A stretch of 64,000 nt of DNA from Vicugna vicugna. Its lineage: Eukaryota. Below, one piece after another: positions 11,580-25,044 of the stretch. Under the pieces are notes generated by a model. It did no database searches and was not told the DNA's origin. It was given only the letters and a program-made list of their open reading frames with translations. The first letter of the stretch is position 1; the number at the start of each line of letters is the position of its first letter. A program made the translations under genes and the position numbers. The stretch lies in NCBI GenBank assembly GCA_013265495.1, contig MU058824.1, forward strand, positions 2,879,111 through 2,943,110. The letters run 5' to 3'.

Positions 11580-12754
11580 CCCTGCGGTGAAAAAAAAAAA
11601 GCCCTTTTGAAGGCTGTGCCCTGGCCTAGCAGAGCCATGTCCCCACCTCGCTCATGTGTGGTTTGCCACCTTCATGAGTCATTTGGCATTGTTGACTCCA
11701 GGCTCTAGAGGGACCCTGCTGAACTGTCGGCAAATCATTTGATGCCACTTTGTTATTAACAATCACCCTCCCCATCTCCCAGACAGAGATGATGGAAAAA
11801 TTCCACATTTGTTCATTCTGTTGAAGGTCACTGGGTCTGCCGTTTTTATGTTAGCTTCTTTATTTTTCTGAGATCACATCTCTTTTTTTCCCCTTTGAGA
11901 TTCATTAGCAGCATGATGGAAAAGAATTCATTCCCTTCCTCGCTGGTAGAAAGAGGCAGAGAGGAAAACATGACAACACCAGCATAATGGAGAATCTGAA
12001 GACTGTAGCCCTGGCTATGAAATGCACCTAAGGGACCGAGATCTTAATGGTGGATCCAGAGAGTTACAGGCTGGTGGCACTTTGAGCCAGCTCTTTAGGA
12101 GTCTCTCTCTGTAGCTTCCACCCCAGCTGGGCCTTTAAAGCTTCAGGTGAGCAGCAGTGAGTGAAGAGGACTGCCACCTGCAAAAGATGAACCTGGCAGT
12201 CAGCAACCAGGTTGGAGCCTGGGGAAGTAAAAGGCGGTCCTCAGGACCCTCCCCTCCCTCATCCATAAAACATGCCTTGCAAAGTCATTTCACGCCCCAG
12301 CATCTGCCCGCTGTTCCAGAAAGGTACACCTATTCATCTCTCTCAAAAATGTTTATGGAGAGAAATTATCAGCAAGAGAAAACAAATTCTCTGGCGAGAT
12401 ATTGCCCTTTGTGAGATAACTATTTCTTTAGGAACACTGACAATGGGGATGGTATCTGGCTTGAATGGTACGCCTGGGAGGACAGGGAGGTGACCATCTA
12501 CAAAAATTCCCCGAGCAGGGAGAATCTGCCACCTCGGTGCCTGCCTATCTGACTCGGCTGAAAGATACAGTTACAATGAAGTTTCTTAGATTAAAGGGAA
12601 GTGGGAGGGGGCGTCCTTTTCTTGTCCGCACATTCAAAGCTTGCTTGGTCAGGCTCCCAGGCCAGAAGACATAAGACAAAATGTAATCACTAAAAGAAAC
12701 GACCCCCGCCCCCAGCCCTGTTTCAGCTGCCTCGGGCTGGAAGGTTTTATTCAT

Positions 12755-13218
12755 CAGGGGCCATAGACACAGGACTGAGGACGCACTAGCTTTTCAAAAC
12801 CCTAGAAAAATGCTTGTGCACCACAGACATTCTCGTTGACTCCAAGATAGAAAATAAAAATTTCAAAATTGAAATCTAGCTAAATGTTCAGGAACTACAG
12901 GATTATGTCAATTCCCTAAACTGTTCAGTTTGGTATCCATAAAAATGTTACTGCATTTGAAAACAATTAGTGGATTCTTTCACTTCAAGGAATCCCTAAG
13001 TATGCAGAATGATTTTTGAGAAATCATAGCCACTGAAAATTAAATTGGCAAAATAACCTTGAAAGCAAAGTTATAAAAATGCCCTCAAGACTATTTTAAA
13101 GCAAAAATAATTGCATTTATAGTGGGATGGGGGGCATTTTGATGTGTGCTCTGACATGGGATGGTGCATCTAAAAGTTAGACTGCGTGGCTCCTCCAAAG
13201 GTCTTTAAACAGCCCTGG
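12755..13218. mobile_element. Probable hAT DNA transposon relic
   Basis: cagggg...ccctg-type termini around an AT-rich interior; family not identified. Confidence 0.35.
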
Positions 13219-14250
13219 TCCCAAGGGACTGGGCCTATCAAAAGGTTTAAAGAGAACAGGTGTACAGAGACAGGGGTAGTGAAGGTCTTTGTAACCAACT
13301 GAACTACTTTGTTCATATAAACCCAAAGACCATTTAAGCTGGAAGGATTCCTGGCGATCATGGAGCCCCAGTGCAAAGACAGGGCTGGGGTCTGTGTCCC
13401 CAGACACCAATGCTTTTTGTATAAGATGAGACACCTGAGGCTCAGAGAGGCCAAGGCCATCCCATAGGTCATGCAACAAAAGCATTCATCAGGTGCCACA
13501 GACAAAAGGCTGGGGACCTATAGGCTCAGAGATGGGACTCTAAGATTTTTCTGTCTCGGTTTTGCCTTGACCACTATACCATGCCTGCACTTCCTTCTCC
13601 TTTCACCAAAGCACTGAGGCAACCCCCTTGTCCTTAGCAGAATGTCTAGATATCTTTAAAGAGCACTCATTGCTTTGATTTTGGAGGGTCTAACTCATAT
13701 TCTTACATGCCTGTTGATACCTGCCATCCACTTTTTGATCCTCTGGCTTTCCCAGCTTTGGTCTAGGCACCCTGATTTCTGGCCTCCTGATTGGAAGCCC
13801 ACATTATCCTGAGCAAATCGCCTAGACCAAGATCTCCTTTCCATCAGGGCTCAGCTGACTGGCTGGCAGATCCAGGCGCCATATCTACAGCCTGATACCT
13901 GGACTGTGCCCTCTGCCTCCCCCATGTGGCCACTAGGAGAGGTGCGTTTTGGGGACTCAAGGTCCACCCCGGTGTGCCAAGCACTTTTGAGCCAGCATGA
14001 TTAGTCTTTCTGGGAAGGCTTCCTTATTCCTGTATGGTTGGCACCTGGACAGCATTCATCTCCTCCATGCCTACTCTTCCAGTTTATTGCCCATGGCAAT
14101 TTCAGCATCCCCGTTGAGCAATCTGTCCATCAATTCCCAGGTGCTAATTGAGCACAGGTCAATGGTGATAAACCCGGGGATGGGGAATTGCAGAGGCGAT
14201 GTAAAATGTGGTCCATGACCTTGAGGAGTTCAGAGTCAATAAGAAGAGTC

Positions 14251-14252
<2 letters not shown>

Positions 14253-14290
<38 letters not shown>
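14253..14290. repeat. (AC)n microsatellite
   Basis: Direct observation. Confidence 0.95.
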
Positions 14291-14295
<5 letters not shown>

Positions 14296-14429
14296 AATAA
14301 TTTGATATTCAACTGTTCTGTGCCAAGAAATGCAAGAATTCAGAAATGAGGTGAAATCATTGAGGAGGCCCTGAAGAGAACAGATTTGAACTGGTGTTTG
14401 GAAAACAGGAAGTATTTCAGAAACTGAAG

Positions 14430-15297
14430 TGAAAGGAAGAACACTCCTGTGTGTCTCCTTTAATCTCACACTACCACCACACTACTTCTGACACCAGATA
14501 TGTGGGGTTTTCCAGCATCAAACAATTCTGTGCCACCAACTAGGTATCCAGCAATTTAAGTCAATTCTGACACTACCAGGAGATACATCAGATACCACAG
14601 GTTAAGAGCTCAGTCCTGTAAGACTGCATCCCCCTTCAGATGGCCCGTGGCAAGTCCAGTTTCCTGGGCATCTGACAGTTACAACTTGGAGGTTCCTGCT
14701 TCCCCCTCCTCAGGATTGATTAATTTGCTAAAACAATTCACAGAACTCAGGACAAGTTAATTTATTATATTTCTGGCTTATTATTAAATGATATAACTCA
14801 GGAAGAGCCAGATGGAAGAGACACAGAGCAAGGTCTGTGGGAAGGGGCCCAGAGCTTCCATGCCCTCTCTACAGCACCACTCTTCCCAAATCTCCATGTG
14901 TTCACCAACCCGAAAGGTCTCTGCATGGCACCCTCTCCTTTTGAGGTTTTAAGGAGGTTTCATTACATTGGCACAACCGATTAAATTATTAGCCATCGGT
15001 AATTAATTCAACCTCCAGCCCCTCACCCCTTCCAGGAATGGGGGCTGAAAGTTTTCACACTTGAATCACATGGTTGGTCCCCCTGGCAACCAGCCCCCAG
15101 CCTGAGAGCTTTCTAAAAGTCCCCTCATTAACATGAACGCAGGTGTGGTTGAAAGGGGCTTGTTCTGAATAACAAAAGACACCTATTTCACTTTTGTGCT
15201 CTTAAAACTTAAGAAATTCCAAGGGATTTAGGAGCTCTAGGCAAGGAACAGGATGAAGGCTAAAGCTGTATTTCTTATTATAAATCATAACATCACA
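14430..15297 (-). mobile_element. MER21-like LTR
   Basis: TG...CA termini with near-TSD tgaag/agaag; cacactacttctgacacca...aattctgacact...ggttaagagctcagtcc...taagactgc match the recalled MER21 consensus. Confidence 0.8.
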
Positions 15298-15534
15298 AGA
15301 AGGAAAAGAAGAGTATTCTAGAAGGAAGCAACAGCCACAGCCACGAGAGGTAACAAGTAAGAAAAAATTTATGCCTAAAATAATATTTCCAAGATAAAAT
15401 GGAGATGAACACTCTTCTTATCGTCTCCTCTGGGTGCTTTTACCACTTTGTTCACTTTGTTCGTCCTCTTTGCATAGCACACAACGCCTTCAGATTCTGT
15501 AATATTTACGCACCTCTTTTCTGCCATTCATTAA

Positions 15535-15950
15535 GGCATTTTTGGTTGCAAGTAACAGAAATCCAACTTAAATTAGCTTAGGCAAAAAAGCAATTTATGA
15601 ATTGAAATAACTGAGGAGGACATGGATAGCAGTAGAAAGAGTGACGAAACCCAGGGCTGACACATGGGATGTCACAATGTCATCAGCTTGCACCCTCTTT
15701 CTCCATCCCCTACTCCATCTCGCTCTCTCTCTCCCTGTCCCTCTCCATCTCCACTTCTGTTTTTCACTCTGTTCTCACTCTTTGAGGACCTACCACAGCT
15801 GGGCTGCCTTTAAAAGTCAGGGATGATGGCCTCCAAGGTAACCAGTTTCATGTACTTGCAGCTGTGATCCCAGAAGCAGGGGGAAGTCTTCCCCACTAAT
15901 TCCATCAGAAGAGTCCCCAGAAAGACTCCCACTGACCCAGCAAGAGAAGC
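15535..15950 (-). mobile_element. MLT1-family (MaLR) LTR fragment
   Basis: ttttggttgcaagtaacagaaatccaacttaaattagctta is the typical old MLT1 terminus. Confidence 0.55.
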
Positions 15951-16189
15951 TACGACACGTCTATGCTCTCCTCTATAACACGGGGCTAGAAGCCTGGGAA
16001 GGGCATGTCCCAGAATCTCTGCCCACAGAGCCAGTTCTTCAATGAGAAGCACTTGCCAAGATGTGAAAGGCAAAATCAGACAGAAGCCAGATTTTCGCTC
16101 CTCCAGCAGTGTCAAACTTTAGGCTTAGACAGATGTGATGTTTTGCATTATCCTCTAAGTATTTTCTTGAAAATCTTGGGCCTCAGGAT

Positions 16190-16400
16190 GAGAGGAAGCT
16201 GTGATCATCCCTACCGGTTTCCTGAGTTCCTTCAAATTCCTATGTATGAAAGCTAGTGACAAAACTGGTGGCCTTCCTTGACCTCTGTTTGTCCAGACTT
16301 TCCAATGATTTTTGTAAGAACCTAATGCCCTTTATTAAATCCCTTCCTACTTAAAATACCTCGAGCAGTTTCTGTTTGTGACCGTATCCTAACTGATACA
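16190..16400 (+). mobile_element. ERVL-type LTR 3' fragment
   Basis: attaaatcccttcctacttaaaatacc...gtttctgttt...cctaactgataca LTR end. Confidence 0.5.
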
Positions 16401-17139
16401 TGCATACACCCCAGTGATGGAGCACAGGGTAGTGTTTGTCAGTCTAATGAGGGAAGAAGAGGAAGAATGTGCTAGCAGCCAAATCAGGAGCAACCACATT
16501 TCCCCAGGAAAAACAGTGGGAGGCAAGTTTAGGTGGGTGGAATGAGGTGAGACTATGGAAGGCGGCCATTCTGACCTGATGTACTGAGGAAGAGGGAAGT
16601 CAAGTGAATATGATGGCAAGGGTCACATTTTAGGGCAACCAGTGGTGGTTCGTATGGGACAGATTACGGCGTGGACAACAGAAATGAGACAGTGACAGCA
16701 AAGGTGCCCTAGAATGGGAGAGATTTGAAAGCACAAAAAAAGGTGCCTCTGAGAGATCTGATGAAAAAAGAAATGGGATATATTGGTATATTGCCTTTAA
16801 GGACTTCACAATAGCTGCCATTTATGAAGTTACAATTAATTATACATCAGATAATCCGCTAAATTTTTTACTTAGGTAAAATCCTGCAAGGCAGAAATCA
16901 TCTCTTTTTCAATGGAGAAAACCAAGGGTCGGGAGTATTAACTGATATGCTCGAGGTCAATCAGCCAGAGACCAGAGCCAGGACTAGAACTCATTTCTGT
17001 TGCCCTTCAAGTCCTGCATTCATTCCACCAAGCTACACCACCTTCCCTCTAACACTGACCCTTGTAACAGTACAAAGAGCCAACCTTGATCCTCACCCGG
17101 CAAGAGGCAGTGGAGGACAACCAAAAGAGCAAAAAAGCC

Positions 17140-18210
17140 TTTGTCCCTCTGACATGAAGCTCTAAGAAGACTACAATCATGAGGAAGAAATCTGACAAAT
17201 CCAAATTGACAGATATTCTGCGAAACAACTGGCCTGGTCTCTTAAAACCTGCCAATGTTACAAAAGACAAAAAATAAAGACTGGAATGCCATGCCCTAGA
17301 TGAAAAGAGACTATAGAAATGTGACAACTAAATACAATGAACGATCCTGGATTGGATGCTGAATTAAAAAAAAATGCTATAAAGGACATTTGATAAACAA
17401 ATTGGTAAAGTAAACCAGATATCAAATAGTAATGTATCAATGTTAAACTTCCCACGTGAGATCACTTTATTGTGATTTTGTGGAAGAATGCCCTTGTTCT
17501 TTGGAGATGAGCTGAAATATTGAGGAGTAAAACATCACAGTGCTTTCAAGTCATTCTCAAATGGATTACAAAATTGATAGATAGGTAGGTAAATAGGTAC
17601 AAGTGAAAAATGTCGCTCACCATCTGGTTCTACAAGAAGAATGACGTCACTCGCCACTGCAGTGGCTGACTCTTAAAACACTCTGAAAGGAGTTCAGGAC
17701 AGAGATCAGGAATGAGGCACTCTGTGTTCTGGGAAAACTGGCAGAACAGGTCTTCAGATAGTTAGATATTTTCAGGAGAAATTTTTATGAACCCAGTATC
17801 TTTTATCTTCTCATACTTAGGAAAGCACTAAACTTATTAATGGAGAGATCCTCTCCCTGACTAGCAGCAAGCTTCTGCAGAGATGTGTGCTTGACTGTAC
17901 CAACCCCTTTCACCAAAGTCACATATGTACTGACCTCCCCGCCCACCTCTTCGGAGCAGTCCCTCAGAGCTGTCCCAGAGGCTGCCTCGGGGCTAAAATC
18001 CTCAGTAAGTCCCCAAATAAAACTGAACTCACAGCTCTCCTGTTGTGCATTTTGGTTTGGTTTGGTTTGGTTTTGTTTTCAGTTGATAGAAGGTAGAGTG
18101 CAGATGTGGCAAGCCGTCAACAAGTACAGGGTCTGTGGGGTTGGTTGTACTATTCCTCCAGTTTGTCTGTAGTTTGAAATTTTTCAAAATAAAAAGTTGG
18201 AACATTTTTA
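17140..18210 (+). mobile_element. L1MC/L1ME-like 3' end interrupted by an LTR
   Basis: acaaatccaaattga...caactggcctgg...gtgacaactaaatacaatg, resuming after 18088 with ctgtagtttgaaatttttcaaaataaaaag. Confidence 0.7.
17604..18088 (+). mobile_element. ERV1-type solo LTR (MER39/LTR39-like)
   Basis: Starts TGAAAAATG and ends ttcagttgata, with a near 4-bp TSD caag/gaag; AATAAA at ~18016; inserted within an L1. Confidence 0.75.
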
Positions 18211-19990
18211 AATGCTCCCATCCCACCCTACCTCCGCAAAACAAAACAAAATAACAACAAAAAAAACCACACACACAAAACAAACAAACAAACAGAAAAC
18301 AAGAAAAGAGGAGGCCTTTAAGTTGAGTATAGCTGAGTCCACCGCTGGCAAGCTGTGTGACCTGGGGACCCTCACGGCCTCAGCTGGGAGATGGCAGTGT
18401 TGGCGTCCTTCTGTGGGATGACAAAGCCTGGAACACAGTGGCCAGTAGTGTTCCCTTGTGTTCTGTGTCTACATTTGTTCACCTCCCTTCCTCCTGCCTA
18501 ATCCCCACTTCTCAGAATCTATTACACTGGCCACTGAGGGGGCTTTGCTCAGGATAAGTCAGAACAATCATGTACCCTGCAGAATGCACAGTTGAGGCGA
18601 CTTGATGCCCTGCAGGGACACTTACTGCTGGAGTGGCAGGCTGGCTGACCCTCTGAACATTGGGTCATGGGGACAAAAGTCAGAAATGCCTCCACCTGCC
18701 ACTTGCTGGCTCACGCCAGGATCGGTGCTCAGAGACTAGCCAGAGCTTCTCAAAGTGGGACAGTTGGCCCATCCGAGCAGAATCAGTTGTGGTTCACATA
18801 AAATGCTGATTCCTGGGTCCCCCAGGCTCTGAGTCGGCTTCTCTGCCGTGGTGTTGGCAGTGTACGTTCTAACACTGTTTTCTAGAGATGCTCTCAGAGG
18901 TTAAGCGCCCCTGACCCACACCTTGGCCCTGGTGGATGTTCTATGATGTAGCAAAATTGGTCCATTGAAGAAGTGGATTCCTATGGTTAGAGCCTAATTA
19001 TAACACTAAAAAGTTATACCCACCACAAAAATGTCCACAAATGAGAACAAACAGAAGTATGAATCAAGTGTACGTAAAGATAAAAGTGGGAGAATTAGAA
19101 AAGCACTGTTTCTCTCTCTTTGCCAGCTCCAGACTCAAAGTATGTGAATGAAATGGCTGCCCCAGCTTTGGGAGGGGAGCCTGTGGTCTAGAGCCCCTGA
19201 ATCCATCACTGTCTGCTCTGCAGGACTTAAGGGAACAGAATGGGCTGCAAGGCCTGGGCAGCAGAAGCCCCTCCACTCACCGTGACTCTGGAAAGCTGCA
19301 AAAACCAACAGTTCTCCCCCCGGACCTGTGCAGTAAGTGGTGATCCTATAGCATCTTATAAACCCCAAGAGCTCCAGAAATTTCACTTAGATTCTGCTTC
19401 AGATCTTATGGGACCTCTCCTACTGGCCTTATAGGACTCTCTCTGGGGATGGTCATTCTGTGGGATGGCACTTGGGTGAAAGAAGCTGACAGTGGTCACT
19501 TGGCTTCCCTGTGGCTCCGTGAGGGCTTGTTCGTGGACATTTGATTTGGGAGGTGCTGGGCTCCTCTCTCTTCCAGCCAGAAGATCAGATCATTTGGCTG
19601 GGAAAGTTCCCCTCTGGTCCTGAGAATCTTCTATTCCAAACCGGCTCTGGGCAGGCATTTATTCACAGGGTTGGAGTTATTTTGGGAGATTCAACATCCT
19701 GCACTCAGCCCCAGGGAGGGGAAGAGAAGGACAGACAATCGGGCAGTCTCCACCTCCACTCCACCCCCAAACTGAGACAGAAGACAGACTGCCCTCTGCA
19801 ACTTTAACTCTTTCCTGGCCCTGGTAAAGATTAGTGTGTCCCCCTTAGGAAAGCCTCCAATGGCAGCATGGTAACCATTTTCGTTCAAGAAAAAATAAAA
19901 TGTAGCTGGAGAAAATAATGCATGGAAAGTGATTTTTTAAAATTGTCTTTAAATACTACAGCCAAAGTGAGATGATGGAAATTGCATCAG

Positions 19991-19993
<3 letters not shown>

Positions 19994-20027
<34 letters not shown>
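19994..20027. repeat. (GT)n microsatellite
   Basis: Direct observation. Confidence 0.95.
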
Positions 20028-20029
<2 letters not shown>

Positions 20030-21294
20030 CAACACTGAAGAAATAAATCACTTTCCCAACTGTAGGGCTTAAAGTAATATTGCACCTTTTCAGGAATTTT
20101 GAAGTTTATTTTGGAGATGAGGAAAATCAGATTAAAGGTTTCAGATTTATTGTTTTACACACTAGTGCACAAAGTTGTTCACATGAAAACCCAGGTAAGT
20201 GTAATCTTGGAGGTTTCAACGTTTGCTGCCTTTATGCCTTCTTTTTCAGTTGTTCCCTACAGCGTGCAAAACCTCCATGGGTGAGCTGGGCCTTGCACAG
20301 GAGAGGTGCTTGGTGGAAGGAATGGAGAAAGGCAGGCAGCAGGGAGGAGAGTCTGCAATGATTCTACAAGGGTGACAAGTGCCCTTTTACATGTGGAATG
20401 TCTGTGGTCCTCAGTGCTGTGGTTTATTAAGGCCCAATATGATAACTCATACTTAAGAACCCTGCTTTGTTGGATCTCTATTGGATTCAATTCCACACAC
20501 AGTCACTCAGGGCCTAGCGTTTGGCAGGCACTGAGCGAATCCTGGGGGTGGACAGAAATGAATCACGCACAGCCCCTGCTACTTGCCTTCCAGATGTCTC
20601 CCAAGGACAGGAGAGTCACACATCCGGGGAACCTGGCATCCCCCAAACCTGTCAACCTGGGGCTGTAAGACCTTCATAGATGGAAACCTGATGTGCTAGT
20701 GGGCTTGTATTTTAGTCTTCTGAGGCTGTAGAAAAAAGCTGCATTGTTCTTGAGCATCACTTGCTTCTTAACACAAAGCAAGCAAAACAGAACAAGCAGT
20801 TTTCCTTCTCCACCTCCTCCAGTCGGTCAGCTCTGGCCCGCTGGGTACAAAAGCAGTGCCTGACTCAGACTAACCAGCTCTGGAGATATCCGTGTTTCTC
20901 ATTGCCCCCAGCCTCCTTGGGACCTGGGCTGACCTCCTGCCCCTCTGACCCTGTCTGGTTCCTTTCTGCCACACTTCCTTGCCCTTTGGCTCCAAGCCCC
21001 TTCGTTGGGCCTTCAGGCTGACTGATCCAGAATGTTATGCCCTCAGACCCCTCTGGCTTTCTTGGGCTAAACTGTCATGCTGCCAGGTGACAACGGTAGC
21101 CCTTAAGACTGTCATCAGACCAAAGTCTGAAACTGAAAGTCACTGCCCTTGGTGGGTTTACAAACCCCATAATTTAGCTGCAATTACCAATAGACAGGCA
21201 CTTTGACCATTACAATGCATCACTGCAAAGCAATTCAACTGATTCACTTTCCTAGCACTTACTTGCTGATTAGGTGCCCTACTGTCATCAAAGG

Positions 21295-21668
21295 AACTTT
21301 CAAACTGGCTCTAAAACTTTAGCTACAGCAGAGTTATCTGGAGGGCTTGCTGGGCCAGGTTTTGATTCTGAATTTCTGCAAGGCAGAAGGCCTATTTGCA
21401 TTTCTAACAGCTTCTCAGATGAGGCTGATGCTCTGGTCCAGGTATCTTACTTTAAGAACTTCCGCTCTAGTCCAGTAGTTTTCAAACTTGACTGCACATT
21501 GGACTCACCCGGGGAGTTAAAATAATATAGGCAAATGCCTGAATCTACCCCCAGAATCCTGATTTAATTGGTCTGGAATACAGACTGGTCACTATGTGTT
21601 GTATAAGCTCCTTAGGTGTTCCTAGGAGGATCTCTTCCATGGAGGAAGATTCTCAGTGTTGAGAACAT
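21295..21668. mobile_element. Two adjacent MER5A-like MITEs
   Basis: tttgcatttctaacagcttctcagatgaggctgatgc...tttaagaac, then cagtagttttcaaacttgactgcacattggactcacc...gttgagaac. Confidence 0.7.
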
Positions 21669-21749
21669 ATGCTCTTGTCCAATTCATCAGCAGAGGCTGG
21701 GCTAGGGGTGGGGAGCCCCCTTTATTCCCCATGGGGACACTTGCGTGAG

Positions 21750-21890
21750 ATCACCAGATAAAACAGGATACCCAGTTAAGTTTGAATTCTAAATAAAAAA
21801 CAAAGAGTATTTTACTAGAAGCATATCCCAAATATTGCATGGATGTCCATTTTTGTTATTGTTCTGTTTTTTCTAAATCTGGCAACCCTA
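21750..21890 (+). mobile_element. MER3-like MITE (internally deleted)
   Basis: ccagataaaacaggatacccagttaagtttgaatt...ctaaatctggcaacccta. Confidence 0.7.
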
Positions 21891-22899
21891 CTCTTAGACC
21901 CTTCCATGACACAGAATGAGAAACAATGATCTGCCAGCTCCCATTTTATAAATAGTAACACCAAGGCCCCAGAGGTGATATAGGAAGTCAGAAGAGAGCC
22001 AGGATAAGAACTCAGGAGTCTTGACCTCTGTCCAGAACTCTTTCCCTTCCATCACACCTAACTGTGCTGAAGACACTCGTGCCCTTCTCTTGTTAGGGGG
22101 TTATTGTCAGTCACCTGGAGGTGACTTCAAAGGGGTCAGAATGATTTATGCCCTCTCTGCTCCCGACCCAGTCCTCACCTCCACCTCCCTTCTGCTGCTG
22201 CAGGTATCACAGACACTGTCCTGGGATCTGGCCCTTCTCAGGGCCATATCGTTAATGGCCACCTCCGGGAGGAAGTGGGCTGGAAATGGTACCGGCCAGA
22301 TACAGCTGTGACAGAGAGCCCATAATTGGGTAACACAAGGACAAGTGGGATTTGGCACTGGCAAACTACAGGCAAAGCATGTTGGGAGAGGCCCACTTAA
22401 TTCACAGAGACACTTGGAATTAGTTGTAAATTCTCTGGGAAGAGATCAAGGCAGCGGCATAAACAGCTCAATTAAACTGTCAGCTCAATGCTCAATGCGC
22501 GGTAATGGTCAAAACACGGCCTTTAATCTAGATATAGAGGATTACCTTCTGACCAGTAATGAGATTCCTAAGATTAGTTGTACCTGAGGTGGAGGGAAAA
22601 ACAGAGCTGGCTCAGCGACACCGCGGACAGCCTTGCATGTCAGCACGACTGGGACTTGTGTGGAAGGGGCTACCTGGACGCCACAACCTTCCTGGAGCCC
22701 CCTCTGGAAGCTGGGAAGACAGGGACGAAGCTCATTCTGCTTCCTCCATGGAAGAGATCCTCCTAGGAACAGAACCCAGGATCACATCTGTTTCAAAAAT
22801 TCAGCAAGTCTGACCCACTCCCAGCTCTAGACCAAAGCTAATAGCCACTTGCACCAGGTCCAGCACCACTCTCCCCTCCATGATCAACCACGCACGCTC

Positions 22900-23670
22900 A
22901 CTTATTCGTCCCACAGACATTTATTGCCTGCCTACTAGGTGTCAGGCACTGTTCTGGACACTTAAGATATGCAGTGAACAAAGAGCTTATTCTTTGTCTT
23001 GCTCACTGTGGGGCAAGACAAAGAATAAACAAGAAAAATAAGTAAAATATGCTGTGTGTGAAATAGGAATGAGTGATACTCAGAAAAATAAATCAGGAAC
23101 AAAGGTATGAAGTATTAAGTAGGGACAGCAATTCTAGATATGGTGGCCAGGGGAAGCCTCATTGAACAGGTATCATTTAAAGAAAGACCTGAAGAAGGTG
23201 AGTCATGGGAATGCCTGAGGGGAAGCATTCCAGACAGAAGAGATGTAGTGCAAAAGCCCAAGGTAAGAGAGGGTTCAAGGAACAGCTAAGAGGCTGCCTA
23301 GCTGGAGCAGGAGAGAGGACAGTATAAGACAAGGTCAGGAATTCAAGGGGGCTGGGTCATGTAAGGCTTTAGGGGCCACTGTAAGGATTTTGGCATTTAC
23401 TATTAGGGAAATGGAAATTTAATGAGGGATTTGAGAAGAGGAGGAGCATAATCAGATCCATTTTAAGTAGGATCACCAGCTGTGTGTTGAGAGGGAAGCC
23501 AGGAAATGGGTAAGAGACACCTGAAATGACAAAGGCAAAAGAAGGATGTAGGACCCGGATGGAAGCAGTGGAGGTGGTGAGCCTTGGTAGTGTTCTGCAT
23601 ATTCCTTGCTGAAGGACTGGATGGAGAAGGAATAAAAAAGGTATCAAGGATGAATGAGGGTTTTGTTTCC
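22900..23670 (-). mobile_element. L2 fragment
   Basis: catttattgcctgcctactaggtgtcaggcactgttctgg...aagacctgaagaaggtgag...gtaaggattttggcatttac. Confidence 0.75.
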
Positions 23671-25003
23671 AATCTTCACTAAGCATTGATGACCCAAATC
23701 TGTGCTTCCAGCCCAGACTCCAGTCCTGGGGCCTGATACACAGCAGGCGACTGACATTAATATCTGACGGACTGAACTGAAAAAGTAGATGAATCTGTTG
23801 GATTGGTGGCACCGCTTTTCCAGGCCATGGCATAGCCTACTTCCAGATAGTAGAAAGAAGTGCAGAGAAAGAGCTGCCATGTCCCCACCTCGGTCTAAAG
23901 TGAGAAGTAGAGATGGGGCAGAAAGAGAAAAAGGACCACACCTGACCCTTCCAATAGGATAATCAAGAACAAGTAAGGGGGATATAAAAGGAAAAAAAAT
24001 GCCAAGAACGGCGGGCATAGTGTTGGGTTTGTGATATCAAAGAGACTTGGTGCCAATCCCAGCTGCGCCTCTTGACTGAATCACTTCCCTTCACTGGTTC
24101 CAGTTTTCTATCTTGGAATGGGGTGGCTGGTTTTCTGAAAAGAGTCTGTCCAGCTCTAACCATCTAGTGCTCCAATCCTTTTCTTACAAGTCCCTGTCTC
24201 TTCTAGCCGTTTGACACACTGCTTCTCCAACATCATCCTTAGGGAACTTTTCTATTTCCTTTCAGAATGATTATTTCTGACTGAGTCTTGTAAGGTGTGT
24301 CCCTACTAGTTCCCAAAGGAAAACACTTGCATGTTTTCCTTTCGCCTGCTTGAAATAAATACTACCTTAGGCTAGTTACTCCATATATAAACTGGGAATA
24401 ACACTAGATTGTAGGGATACTGAGTAGGAGTAATTATATACAGAACGTGTAGGGGTTGAGCAGATACACAAGTTTTTGGCATAATACTATAGCATTACAA
24501 TAATTTTGGCTTGCAAATTATACCCTAGCAGAGGCATCACATGAAAAAGTTTGTCTGACCCCATGGCCTGCTGAAAGTGAAATGGAAAAAACAAGTTGTG
24601 AAATATAACTTACCTTTCTCAACTTTTGAAAAAGGCAGAGATAACTCTTCTATGTGCAACCTACATGCAGGGAACAAGTTTCTAGATCCCGGAGAAGAAT
24701 TTTTTGCCCAGGGTGGCCTGGCCTGTTGCCAGGATCTGGCTGTGTTCCTCCTTCCTGAACCTAAAAAGCAGAGCTGGGAAGGAAGGAAGGAGAGGATCTG
24801 CGGTTGGTTGAAAGGTGAGGCTTGCAATGAAGATGTCCTTGCCTTTCAGGTTTTCTATTTGTGCCTCCCTCATTTGTGGGATAATTAAGTGCTTATACAG
24901 TAGAGGAATTATTTAATGGGTAATTTGAGATATTTAAGTCTAGGGATACCCAAAATAAACATCTTAGCCAGGTCAACTTCTGGGTCCTCCTACTATCTTC
25001 CAG

Positions 25004-25044
25004 ACACACACCACACACACACATGCACACACACATGCGCACAC
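25004..25044. repeat. (CA)n-like microsatellite
   Basis: Direct observation. Confidence 0.8.
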
